Shown here: piece by piece, positions 28,879 through 38,594 of the stretch
Position numbering within the stretch: position 1 is the first letter of the stretch
Layout of the letters: the number at the start of each line of letters is the position of its first letter
Source: Candidatus Latescibacterota bacterium
GTDB taxonomy: Bacteria > Latescibacterota > UBA2968 > UBA8231
Assembly: GCA_965261395.1 (NCBI GenBank)
Contig: OZ253462.1
Location: forward strand, 6,272,001 to 6,336,000
Length of the DNA: 64,000 nt
Direction of reading: 5' to 3'
Position numbers and translations under genes: made by a program
Notes under the pieces: model-generated
Told to the model about the DNA's origin: nothing
Databases searched by the model: none
The model's input: the letters and a program-made list of their open reading frames with translations, nothing else

Positions 28879-31800
28879 TGAAACGGCATTGCTTCACATC
28901 GTACCCCTTTTTCGCGTTAATCGGCCTCATTCTTTCGCCGCTGACGGTGGCCCATGCGTCGGACTTGCCGACCGGCAGCGTGCCTTTCTGCGCGCCGTTC
29001 GATTACGAGCAGTGGCGGCGGGAGCACCCTCGGCCTGCAGGCAAGCGGCTGGCGGCTTTGGACGCCGGCGAACCGCGCACGGTGCGGATGATCTACTTCC
29101 TGCCCAATGACCGCCCATATAGCGCAGCGGTATTCGGTTCGGTGAAAACAAAGATGCGCCAGATGCACACTTTTTTTGCCAATCAGATGTCCGCGCATGG
29201 ATATGGATCTGAGGGATTTCGCTCTGAAAAGGATGCTGCCGGCCAACCGCAGGTACATCGCGTCAATGGACAACATCCCCTGAGTCATTATTTAGAAAAC
29301 GACACCGCTGGCGCCATACTGGAGGAAATTGATTCGACCTTTGATATAGAGTCGAATATTTATTTCATCGTTATTGATACGAATGGCTCTGGAATCCGTT
29401 CAGGCGACCGGCTCTTTGATGGCGTTGGATCAGCATCGACGAAAAAGGGAGGCTTTGCGTTAGTCCCTTCTAAAAACAGTCTTGGGAGAGAATCCAATCT
29501 TGGGACAGATGCCCACGAACTGGGCCATGCCTTCGGTCTATATCACGATTTCCGTAACGACTCCTACCTGATGTCGTATGGATTCGTACCCGATAGGCTG
29601 TTCGACTCTGATCAGCTATTATCCGCTTGCAACGCTGACTTCCTCGCTGTGCATGCGTACTTCAATCGCCAAATCCCTACTGACACTGGGACACTGCACA
29701 CTATTGAAGAGTTGACTTCGTCTCCTATACATACAGCCGACCGGACAAGTGTCCCTGTCCGAATCAAAGTGCGCGATCCAGATGGATTGTCTCAGTTGAT
29801 GTTGTTGGCCCAAACAAAACGCCCGCATTTTGCCGAGGGATTTCAGGAAGTCAAGGATTGTCATGGATTTGACGGCCAGACAGATCACACCTTTGAATTC
29901 GATTATGATGGGGTTGTTCCATCTCTACCAGAGTCGGATTTCTACAGTTTCAGAGAACAATCCCTGATCGTCCAAGCCCTTGATGCTTTAGGTAATAGCG
30001 GTTTTTCTGATCGCTTTGAACTGATAAACAACAAGTTCAGGTCACCGATCGCTGATTTTACGGTTCCCATAGCTGAAGATGGGTTTATTTCTTCAATAAA
30101 TTTCTCTCCGGAAGGGAATCTTTACGCCTTCCAAGTGTCTCATGACGACAACAGGCTCAAACTGTTGAACGTGTCAACAGGACGATCTATCGCCAGCTTC
30201 CCACCTCGGGGGCATATTGATATACTCGCTTTTTCTGCCGATAACAAGTGGATGGCTTTAGAATCTGATGAGTACAACATTGAAGTGTGGGACATAGAAA
30301 ACATAAGGCGTCTTGTTACCATAGATGCCCCACATGAAGGAGACGCGTTCGGGTCTCCTGCGAAGATTGCTTCTTTAGTTTTTTCCCCCGATGGCAAGCT
30401 GTTGGCATCCGGCGGTTGGAGCGATTATGCCGTTCATCTATGGAATACAGCCAGAGGCGACCATGTCTCTACCCTTCCCAACAGTAACCGGGGCCCGATA
30501 CTATCTCTGGTTTTTTCCCCTGATGGCAAACTGTTGGCATCATTCAACAGCCGCGGCACGGTTAAGGTGTGGGACATAGCCTCAAGAAAGAATGTTGCCA
30601 CGATCAGGGCACATGAAGGGCCTGGGCCCTTTGATGTTTGGTCCTTTGATGGTTTGTCCTTTTCTGACGACGGCAAGCTGTTGGCGTCGGCAGGGGCATG
30701 GCGCGGTGACGACATAGAAACCTCGGAGATCAAGTTGTGGGATGTGGCCACAGGAGATCAGGTTGCCAGCCTTCCAGGCAGTGCTCCTTTGGTCTTTTCC
30801 CCTGATGGCAGGTTCATAGCATCAGGATCGGCGGCGCAGGCCAGATCGATTGATCTAGATGGGATAGAGGGAGGAATCACTCGAGGCAGTATAGTCGGCG
30901 GCGGATCGGTTAAGCTGTGGGATGTTAATACATGGGAGCCTGTCAACAGTTTTCCTACATTGTGGTATATTACCGAATTGGCTTTTTCTTCCGATATGAG
31001 ATTATTGGCAGAGAGTTCACTTTCCACAGTACGACTGTGGGATTTATCTGAGTGGACGAGGTCCCCTCCTCACAGCCTGGTGGAAACCTCCGACGATGAG
31101 CAACAGGAGACCGAGCAGGAGACCGAGCAGGAGACCGAGCAGGAGACCGAGCAGGAGACTACCACCGACGGGCAATCTGTGTCCCAGACCTTGGCTAAAG
31201 TCTCCGGCGAGGGCCAAGAAGGTCCGGCCAGCACACAACTGACTGAGCCGTTGGTGGCTTCGGTGGTGGATCAAGACGGCTCACCCCTTGCCGGGGTGGA
31301 CGTCACCTTTGCGATAACCGCAGGCGGAGGGATGCTATCAGCCACCACTGATACCAACCCTTGTACCGTTGGGTCCTCTACGTCGTCCACCACCGCCACC
31401 ACCGATGCCAACGGCCAAGCCGCGACCCGGCTGACGCTGGGCAGCGAGCCGGGAACGAACACGGTGGAGGCCACCGTCGAGGGGCTGGAGCCGGTGACCT
31501 TTACCGCTACCGCCGCTGAGCAAGCAATGCCCCATAGTCTGACCAAGGTCTGCGGCGATGATCAAGAAGGCACGGCCGGTGCGCTACTAGCCGAGCCGTT
31601 TGTGGTTTCGGTGGTAGATGAGGATGGTGCGGCGATGGCTGGGGTGGTCGTGTCGTTTGCGGTGACCGCAGGCGAGGGAACGCTGTTGTCTGCTACGGCC
31701 ACTACCAATGCCAACGGCCGTGCTATGACCTGGCTGACGCTGGGCAGCGAGCCGGGAACGAACACGGTGGAGGCCACCGTTGATGGTCTGGAGCCGGTGA

Positions 31801-32162
31801 CCTTTACCGCCACCGGGCAAGAGTCGCCCCTCGCTAGTCTTTTCGACACTTTTTTGGGGGGTGGCAAGCGGGTGGCCTTGCCCGATAGCCCGCAGTTGGC
31901 GCAAAACGCCCCCAATCCCTTCAACAGCGAGACGGTTTTGTCCTACTTCCTGCTGGAACCGGGTCCGACACATTTAGCAGTATTCGCACTGACTGGACAA
32001 CGAGTGGCGGTCCTCCACCAAGGTATGCAGCAGGCCGGCTACCACCGGCTCCATTGGGACGGTCGAGACGACGCAGGTCGCCCTGTGGCCAGCGGCGCGT
32101 ACCTGTATCGACTGGTGACGGGCGAGACTGTCTTGACGCGCAAGCTCACCTTGCTGCGTTGA
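28878..32162 (+). CDS. secreted zinc metallopeptidase + degenerate WD40 propeller + Big_1 x2 + FlgD-Ig tail
   Basis: [12 protein letters not shown]...LMSY, FSPDGKLLAS repeats, QETE linker. Confidence 0.88.
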   Translation: MKRHCFTSYPFFALIGLILSPLTVAHASDLPTGSVPFCAPFDYEQWRREHPRPAGKRLAALDAGEPRTVRMIYFLPNDRPYSAAVFGSVKTKMRQMHTFFANQMSAHGYGSEGFRSEKDAAGQPQVHRVNGQHPLSHYLENDTAGAILEEIDSTFDIESNIYFIVIDTNGSGIRSGDRLFDGVGSASTKKGGFALVPSKNSLGRESNLGTDAHELGHAFGLYHDFRNDSYLMSYGFVPDRLFDSDQLLSACNADFLAVHAYFNRQIPTDTGTLHTIEELTSSPIHTADRTSVPVRIKVRDPDGLSQLMLLAQTKRPHFAEGFQEVKDCHGFDGQTDHTFEFDYDGVVPSLPESDFYSFREQSLIVQALDALGNSGFSDRFELINNKFRSPIADFTVPIAEDGFISSINFSPEGNLYAFQVSHDDNRLKLLNVSTGRSIASFPPRGHIDILAFSADNKWMALESDEYNIEVWDIENIRRLVTIDAPHEGDAFGSPAKIASLVFSPDGKLLASGGWSDYAVHLWNTARGDHVSTLPNSNRGPILSLVFSPDGKLLASFNSRGTVKVWDIASRKNVATIRAHEGPGPFDVWSFDGLSFSDDGKLLASAGAWRGDDIETSEIKLWDVATGDQVASLPGSAPLVFSPDGRFIASGSAAQARSIDLDGIEGGITRGSIVGGGSVKLWDVNTWEPVNSFPTLWYITELAFSSDMRLLAESSLSTVRLWDLSEWTRSPPHSLVETSDDEQQETEQETEQETEQETEQETTTDGQSVSQTLAKVSGEGQEGPASTQLTEPLVASVVDQDGSPLAGVDVTFAITAGGGMLSATTDTNPCTVGSSTSSTTATTDANGQAATRLTLGSEPGTNTVEATVEGLEPVTFTATAAEQAMPHSLTKVCGDDQEGTAGALLAEPFVVSVVDEDGAAMAGVVVSFAVTAGEGTLLSATATTNANGRAMTWLTLGSEPGTNTVEATVDGLEPVTFTATGQESPLASLFDTFLGGGKRVALPDSPQLAQNAPNPFNSETVLSYFLLEPGPTHLAVFALTGQRVAVLHQGMQQAGYHRLHWDGRDDAGRPVASGAYLYRLVTGETVLTRKLTLLR
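31104..31159 (+). repeat. 12-bp coding tandem repeat (CAGGAGACCGAG x ~4.7; QETE)
   Basis: Directly visible. Confidence 0.9.
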
Positions 32163-32189
32163 TTGGACCAATCACTAAGGAGCGACGTT

Positions 32190-32821
32190 ATGAAGGCGGC
32201 AATCCTCTGTATCATCGGACTGGTGGGAGCGTGGGGCCATGCAGAGGCCGAGCCATTGGTTGAAGGTCGGGTGCGCTTGACCTCGGGCGAGCCGGCGGCC
32301 GGAGCACAGGTGCGGCTGTTCGATTTGGCCGATCTGCGCGCCGCCCCGCTCGCAGCCACCACGGATGGATCGGGGCATTTCACGCTGTCCTTGGGGCCTT
32401 GAGGGGGCCGGCGGCTTTGCCGGAGCGGTTCAAACTGGGGGCGAATTACCCCAATCCGTTCAACCCTTCCACCCTCATCCCCTACCAACTACCTACGACC
32501 ATGCACGTGCGGCTAAATGAGAATTACTCTGTCCTCACATCTAAGTGGCAGAGGCTCGGAGATGATGCTGAATGGAGCGACGTGGAAGGCACAGTGCGCG
32601 ATAGCGAACTTTGCGCCATGACCCCAACCATGCCAGGGGAGTTCCGCTGGGTGGTAGAGGTTGAAATCGGTAGCGTAACGAATAAATACGCGAGTGGAAA
32701 CACGCTGGTAATAGCTGGCGATCCCGAAGTGGTGGACGAATCGGCAGCCGAGGAGGCAGGAGACGAGACAGCAGTCGAGGCCGTCACTTGGGGATTCATC
32801 AAATCGAGGGCGACGCGCTGA
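32190..32821 (+). pseudogene. frameshifted chimera: N-module/FlgD-Ig start fused to TWG-motif protein C-terminal half
   Basis: Frameshift near 32400; switch at MHVRL|NENYSVL (~32515). Confidence 0.8.
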
Positions 32822-32853
32822 CCTAGCGCGGCTTTGAGTACATCGGTATCCTT

Positions 32854-32898
32854 GCGGTAACGGGATATGGCGTTCGCGTGCCCGTATCCCGTTACCGC
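32854..32898. terminator. 17-bp stem hairpin after the array
   Basis: GCGGTAACGGGATATGG...CCGTATCCCGTTACCGC; no clear U-tract. Confidence 0.5.
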
Positions 32899-33067
32899 TC
32901 TGCTACAGCTGCTCTATCGACCTTGGAAAACTGTTCATAAGTATGCCCAAAACATGAAGCGCGTCATTTAGAGTCTCTCGATGGCTGGACTTTATGGTGG
33001 GCATACAGTTTAGCCCCCAAGGAGTCCTTCACCTTATCCCGAACTCACGGTATTTATGCCAGTTTTA

Positions 33068-33211
33068 ATGGCCTTGGACATGGCTGGCGGCCAGATGTAC
33101 TGGACAGACGCGGAGAGGGGTGTTATCTATCGTGCGTCCTTGGATGGGTCCAACGTCGAAACCCTCCTCACCGGACTGAATTATCCCACCATCATCGCCC
33201 TCGGCCCTTGA
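33068..33211 (+). pseudogene. orphan terminal YWTD repeat fragment
   Basis: ALDMAGGQMYWTDAERGVIYRASLDGSNVETLLTGLNYPTIIALGP*. Confidence 0.8.
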
Positions 33212-33269
33212 AGTCCCGGCTTTTTCTATTGGCTCGCCTTCGTTGCCTATGCGCACGAAGGCGAGCTGC

Positions 33270-34877
33270 CTAGTCCATAGCCTCGTACACCACGGCTATT
33301 TCCAGCTTTTCAACGACGAGTTGTGGCGCGTCGAGTGTCCGTCCTTGAGCGCTGATGCCGACCAGGTTCGCGCCGGCTGCCAAGAGTAGCCCTTCGACCG
33401 GCCAGACCAACCATCCATCGTCCGTGGTCGGCTGCTCCAGCAACGCATTGTTCAGCCGTATCTGCACGGTTCGTTCCACCCCTTGCGCCGCCGGGATATT
33501 GACGAGTTCCCCGTCGGGATGACCGATGGTTGCCACTTGCACCGGATGTAGGTGTTGGGACGCGGGCAAGTCCGCTGCGCTTGGGTCAGACAGCAGGAGG
33601 CGCAACTCGGCCGCGGCGATTCGCTCGGCGGCTAGGTCGAGCCCCACGTGTATTTGCAGCAGGAGATCGGTGTGTCCGTCGTTGGGCACGGCCGCGGGCA
33701 GTTGGGCCAGCATGTTGGTGTTGGCGTAGGCGTGCCTCGGGGTAGTCCAATCCTCGGGGTTGGGTATCACGGTGGGGCCGTGCCCGCCCCCGCGACGCTG
33801 GACGACGAAGCGCTTGTCCTTGGCACTGAGCGTTGCGACTGCGCCTAACTCTTGGTAGGCTTGGCGATGGCTGGCCCAATCTTGGCCGGCGTACGGGGCG
33901 TCGGTTGCGTAGTTGAAGTTAAAGGTGTGGATGCCGTCCGCGCCTTGCCGCCACCAATTGGCCGCCACTCCGCGCAACACTTCGATGCCGGGATTTTGGT
34001 AGCCGTCCGTAGCGTGGTGATCGTCGAGGGACGGATAGAGCTTGACCGAGGTGCCCGCGACCACGTGCTGGAAATCCGCCAAATCCACCTCAAAAGAGCG
34101 CACGCCGAGAGCCAGTAAGTCGATCAATTGCTCGCCGACCCAGCGCTCGACATCGAGCCCGTCGAAGCGGCAGCCCACGAGCGTCTCGGGTATGCGGGCG
34201 GCGAGGAGGAAGGGCCGCCCGCGCTGTGCGCCCACGGCCAATGAGAGTTCCCGCAGTTGGGCGATGAATTCAGTCAGCCGCTCGCGGTTGGACCAACCCT
34301 GGCCGGCGGGAAAGACGACCCCGCGGGCAAAGTCCAATTCCATCCCATCAAAAGGCCAGCGCTCGATTACCTCGCGCAAGTTGCGCAGGACGTAGTCGTG
34401 TACTTGGGGCAAGGCGAAATTCCAATAGCCGTTATCCGCGTGCGTACACCAAGGCGTGCGAAAGAGCCAGTCGGGATGCGCAACTTTCGCGGGGATGCGC
34501 GCAAACGGGCCGAGGTCGTTGTCCGAGCCGTTCATGCGATGCGAAAAAAAGCACTCTAGCGCGCGGCGATGGGTGGCCGCGAGAACTTGGCCGACGATAT
34601 CCGTCCCTTCGTCCGCCCACTTTTGATAGAGCGGGTGGTCGTACAGCGGCAAGTGCTGGCTCGGATAGGGAGCTTGATTCCCCTCACCCCAATTCCACCA
34701 AATGCTGTCGATCTGCGACCCGGGCGCGTCGGCGAACTCGAACAAATGCTCCACGAGATCGGGCCGATCTGGGTTGCGGCGATGCTGCACATTAATCGCA
34801 AAGGTCACGTCGAAATTGACTATGAGGCGGCGACGGCGGGCGATGGCGGCGAGGTGGGTGGGGGAGAGGGTGGGCAT
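33270..34877 (-). CDS. glycoside hydrolase-like TIM-barrel protein (GHL10-like)
   Basis: SHRMN, WNFALPQVHD, FDGMELDFAR, ADGIHTFNF. Confidence 0.7.
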   Translation of the reverse strand: MPTLSPTHLAAIARRRRLIVNFDVTFAINVQHRRNPDRPDLVEHLFEFADAPGSQIDSIWWNWGEGNQAPYPSQHLPLYDHPLYQKWADEGTDIVGQVLAATHRRALECFFSHRMNGSDNDLGPFARIPAKVAHPDWLFRTPWCTHADNGYWNFALPQVHDYVLRNLREVIERWPFDGMELDFARGVVFPAGQGWSNRERLTEFIAQLRELSLAVGAQRGRPFLLAARIPETLVGCRFDGLDVERWVGEQLIDLLALGVRSFEVDLADFQHVVAGTSVKLYPSLDDHHATDGYQNPGIEVLRGVAANWWRQGADGIHTFNFNYATDAPYAGQDWASHRQAYQELGAVATLSAKDKRFVVQRRGGGHGPTVIPNPEDWTTPRHAYANTNMLAQLPAAVPNDGHTDLLLQIHVGLDLAAERIAAAELRLLLSDPSAADLPASQHLHPVQVATIGHPDGELVNIPAAQGVERTVQIRLNNALLEQPTTDDGWLVWPVEGLLLAAGANLVGISAQGRTLDAPQLVVEKLEIAVVYEAMD

Positions 34878-34881
34878 GGGC

Positions 34882-35787
34882 TTATAGGTCGTCTGGCGAG
34901 GCGTTGGGGATTTGGGATTTATGCGCTAGGGCGTGTTCGTACTGTTGGGTGCAGGAGATGCGGGGGAGGTTTTCCGTTTGCGCACGGCGCAGGAGAAGGT
35001 CGAGCTGCTGCGCGCGGCGATCGATGCGATAGACGGACCAAGGGTGGAAGATGGGCAAGTAGTAGGGCAGGTTTGCTTGTTGCACATAGTCGATGCCCGG
35101 GGCGTAGGCTGCGTACACGCCTTGGGCGTCCACGGGCATGTGCGCCGGATAGGGCCAAGGGAATTGCGGCGGCCACAGGACTTTGCCCGGCTGTCCGGTG
35201 AGGATGTTGTCGTGCCAGGCGTGTGAGGGCATTTCGAGGAGGCCGGGAAAGCCCTCGCGGGCGTACCAGAAGGGCCGGTTGAGCGGCGCGGGCATGGTTC
35301 CGTCCGGCCCGGCCCCCACCGTGCGCATATAGCGGTAGCCAGCCTCCCACATCACGTGGAGGATGCGCTCTTGGCCAATGAAGCCTCGGGTGTAGCCGCC
35401 GGGCGCGGTCAAGCCGATCACTGGGCGGGCAAAGGTGTCTTCGATCAGCTTTTTGGAATCGACCAACTCGCGCTGTAAGGCGGCGGCGTCATCGGCTAAA
35501 CCGATTAGGTCTTTGTGGGTGAACGAATGGCATTGGATGTCGAAAAGGGGCTCGTCGAGGATGGCGCGGAATTCGGACGCGGCGCGTTGCAACAGTTCGG
35601 CGACGATGAAAAAGGAAGCGGGCGCCTGTCGCTCTAGATGCACTTGGGCCACGGCTCGGACGCCGGCGATGCACTCGGCTAGCCGCTCTCCCTCGTAGCT
35701 GATCCGGCCTTGGTAGCCCGGCCCGCTGGGTGCGTCCCACCAAGCGTACACGGCTTCGGTGTCGTAAGCAGATATGTAAGAAGGCAA
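34882..35787 (-). CDS. polysaccharide deacetylase family protein
   Basis: AYDTE, IQCHSFTH, GLTAPGG, IFHPW. Confidence 0.85.
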   Translation of the reverse strand: MPSYISAYDTEAVYAWWDAPSGPGYQGRISYEGERLAECIAGVRAVAQVHLERQAPASFFIVAELLQRAASEFRAILDEPLFDIQCHSFTHKDLIGLADDAAALQRELVDSKKLIEDTFARPVIGLTAPGGYTRGFIGQERILHVMWEAGYRYMRTVGAGPDGTMPAPLNRPFWYAREGFPGLLEMPSHAWHDNILTGQPGKVLWPPQFPWPYPAHMPVDAQGVYAAYAPGIDYVQQANLPYYLPIFHPWSVYRIDRRAQQLDLLLRRAQTENLPRISCTQQYEHALAHKSQIPNASPDDL

Positions 35788-35902
35788 GGGTTAGACCGTC
35801 TTTGGCTATGGGGGTGGGATGGGGTAAGTTAAGATCGGAGGCGATGGATCGTCAATTTTTTGCTGCCAACGCAATCTCGCTTACGCACCGAGGAGAACTA
35901 CT

Positions 35903-37120
35903 GTGAAAATTACCGATGTTGACATCATTCCGGCGCATGTGCCGCTCGCCGCTCGCAACGCCGAGCACGCCGTGCGCTTCCGCTCCATTGACCAGCGCAC
36001 CTTCTTCAAGGTGCAAACCGACAACGGCTTGGTGGGCTGGGGCGAGTACCGCTGTACGCCGCCGCCCGCGCAGAGCGTGGAGCGCCTCATCGGCCGCAGC
36101 CCCTTCGACTTTTTGGGCAGCGATGTCCACCTCGGCTTGGCCGGGGCCTTGTACGACGTGATGGGTCAGTATCTCGAAGTGCCGGCCTACAAGCTGATGG
36201 GCCCCAAAGTGCGCGACCGCGTGCCGGTGGCGGCGTGGACGCGGCCCGCCGATCCCGAGGAGCTGAGCCGCGAAATCGTCCGCGCCGCTGACCAAGGCTA
36301 CCGACTGTTCAAGATGCACACTTGCCAGCACTACGACGTGTTCGAGCAGAACCGCGCGGTAGAGGATGTGGCACCACCCGGCTTCAAGATGCAGTACGAC
36401 TTCAATTCCAACCGCACCTTGGCCACGGTGTTGCCTATCGTCAAACAGCTCGAAAAATCGCCCGTAGTGGGCTATATCGAGGATCCCTTGGTGCTGAGCG
36501 ATGTAGAAGGCTGGCGACGGCTCCGCGCCCAATGCGGTGTGCCATTGGTCATGCACGTGCCGCCGCTGGGCGGGTTGCAGGAGGTCGTGCAGGGAATGGC
36601 CGATGCGTACATCGTGGCCGAGTACTGCGGTGGGTTTGGCGACGCGTTGGTGCGCGGTTTGGCCTATGGCAAGGCCAATGTGCAGGTGGTGGTGCAGCTA
36701 ACCGGGGGCACCTTGGCCAAGGCGTTGGCGCTGCACTTGGCAGCCGTGCTGCCCACGGCGGCCCATTCGATCAATCTCGACGATCAGTACGAGGAGGATG
36801 CGGCCCGTCAGCGCATTGAGATCGTCGAAGGCTGTTCGCCCGTGCCGGAGGGGCCGGGCCTCGGAGTGGAGGTGGACGAAGCGGTCATCGCGCGCTTGGC
36901 GCAGCGCGGCCCAGCGGAAATCCCCCGGCACTTGGGCAAGCTGCGCCTGCCGGACGGGCACGTGCTCTACACGGCCAGCATCCCCCCGCTAGATGCGTTG
37001 ACCGGCTTTGCTGAGGGAACCATCCGGGGCTTGTCCTTTGCGGTGTGGCACGACGATGGGTCCGAGGAATTTGAGCGCATGTACGGGCGGGTGGCAGAGG
37101 AGGGGTCGGTGTTGGAGTGA
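35903..37120 (+). CDS. mandelate racemase/muconate lactonizing enzyme family
   Basis: TDNGLVGWGE, FKMH, YDFN, IEDP, PEGPGLGVE. Confidence 0.9.
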   Translation: MKITDVDIIPAHVPLAARNAEHAVRFRSIDQRTFFKVQTDNGLVGWGEYRCTPPPAQSVERLIGRSPFDFLGSDVHLGLAGALYDVMGQYLEVPAYKLMGPKVRDRVPVAAWTRPADPEELSREIVRAADQGYRLFKMHTCQHYDVFEQNRAVEDVAPPGFKMQYDFNSNRTLATVLPIVKQLEKSPVVGYIEDPLVLSDVEGWRRLRAQCGVPLVMHVPPLGGLQEVVQGMADAYIVAEYCGGFGDALVRGLAYGKANVQVVVQLTGGTLAKALALHLAAVLPTAAHSINLDDQYEEDAARQRIEIVEGCSPVPEGPGLGVEVDEAVIARLAQRGPAEIPRHLGKLRLPDGHVLYTASIPPLDALTGFAEGTIRGLSFAVWHDDGSEEFERMYGRVAEEGSVLE

Positions 37121-37164
37121 GGGACTGGCGCAAGCGATTTTACTCCTCCCCAAGCCGGTCGGTC

Positions 37165-38559
37165 ATGCTGCCAAGCGCGTATTTATTGTTCATTGTTTTA
37201 GCCCCCTCGATCGTCCTAGCCCAGGCCCCGTACGGCCTGCAAGAACGGGTGCCGAACAATGCTTTGCTCATCGCTCCGGCCGAGGGACGAGTGCCCCAGA
37301 CCGTCTCCGAGTCGGGTCTGTTTAGCAATGTGGCGGCCCAGACCTTGGCTCCCGGACTCATTCCCTACGGGGTCAATTCGGTATTGTGGTCCGACGGAAC
37401 GGCCAAGACCCGCTTTATCGCTCTACCCGGGCAGAGCCAGATTGAGTTTTCCGCCTCGGGGGTCTGGAAATTTCCCCCCAACGCGGTGGTAGTGAAGAAT
37501 TTCTACCTAGAGTTGGAATCGGGTAACTTGGACAGTCGGCACATTGTCGAGACGCGCTTTTTGGTCAAGCACGGCCAAGCCGATGCATGGGACGGCTTTA
37601 GCTATAGGTGGGATCTGGAGGGCGAGGATGCGGTATTGCTCGAAGAGGCGACGACCCAGTCCTATCTCATCGCCGACCCGCAAGCCGAGGACGGCTTCCG
37701 CGAATACGTGCATTTCTATCCCGGACCCGAAGATTGCGCCTTGTGCCATACCGGCCCGGCTGGCTACGTCTTGGGGCTCAATACGGCTCAGATGAATCGC
37801 TCGTACGACTACGGCGGCATTGTGGACAACCAATTGCGCACCCTAAATCACATTGGTCTGTTCACTGAGGATATCGGCGAGAATTACAACGGCTTCCCCC
37901 GGTGGGTCGACCCCACCGACGAAAGCCTGCCGCTGGCCGACCGCAGTCGCGCCTATCTGGCGGCCAATTGCGCTCACTGCCATCGCCCCAATGTGGTCAG
38001 CCGCTCGACCATCGACCTGCGGCACGACACCCCCTTAGAGGAGACCAATACCCTAAACTGGGTTCCTTCGTTGGGTGCGCTGGGTACTGAAGAAGGGTTT
38101 ATCATCGTCCCGGGCGACCCGGATAACTCCACCCTGTACTTGCGCCTGCTCACCTTTTCCTCCAATCGCATGCCGCCGGTAGCCTCCACTTTGGTTGATC
38201 GGGAAGGCAGCGATCTCATCCGCCGCTGGATCGCCAGTATGGACCAGCCTACTGCAGTAGAAGGATTGGCGACTGTACCAGAAGAGGCTGGTTTAGAGCA
38301 GAATTTCCCCAATCCTTTCAATGCCCAAACCACCATCGTCTATCAGGTTGGGGAGACCGGCCCGGTGGAATTGGCCCTATACGATGGGGTGGGCCAGAAA
38401 GTGCGCACCTTGGTGCAGGCCGAGCAGGCACCGGGGTCTTATGCGGTGCGCTGGGATGGCCGGACCGCAAACGGCGGCTTGGCCGCCAGCGGCACGTACC
38501 TCTATCGCTTGCGAATGGGGGACTACTCGGAAGCCCGGCAACTGATGCTGGTGCGCTAG
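37165..38559 (+). CDS. secreted diheme c-type cytochrome-domain protein with FlgD-Ig tail
   Basis: LWSDGTAKTRF, CALCH, CAHCH, RMPP, QNFPNPFN. Confidence 0.85.
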   Translation: MLPSAYLLFIVLAPSIVLAQAPYGLQERVPNNALLIAPAEGRVPQTVSESGLFSNVAAQTLAPGLIPYGVNSVLWSDGTAKTRFIALPGQSQIEFSASGVWKFPPNAVVVKNFYLELESGNLDSRHIVETRFLVKHGQADAWDGFSYRWDLEGEDAVLLEEATTQSYLIADPQAEDGFREYVHFYPGPEDCALCHTGPAGYVLGLNTAQMNRSYDYGGIVDNQLRTLNHIGLFTEDIGENYNGFPRWVDPTDESLPLADRSRAYLAANCAHCHRPNVVSRSTIDLRHDTPLEETNTLNWVPSLGALGTEEGFIIVPGDPDNSTLYLRLLTFSSNRMPPVASTLVDREGSDLIRRWIASMDQPTAVEGLATVPEEAGLEQNFPNPFNAQTTIVYQVGETGPVELALYDGVGQKVRTLVQAEQAPGSYAVRWDGRTANGGLAASGTYLYRLRMGDYSEARQLMLVR

Positions 38560-38594
38560 AATTCAATACATCTCATCTGCGAGGAGCGTTCACA

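Noticed and set aside
123-33211. Diversity-generating retroelement driving repeat variation
   Set aside because: No reverse transcriptase in the window and no template/variable repeat pair with adenine-specific differences seen; the PhyH duplicate differs at mixed, mostly silent sites.
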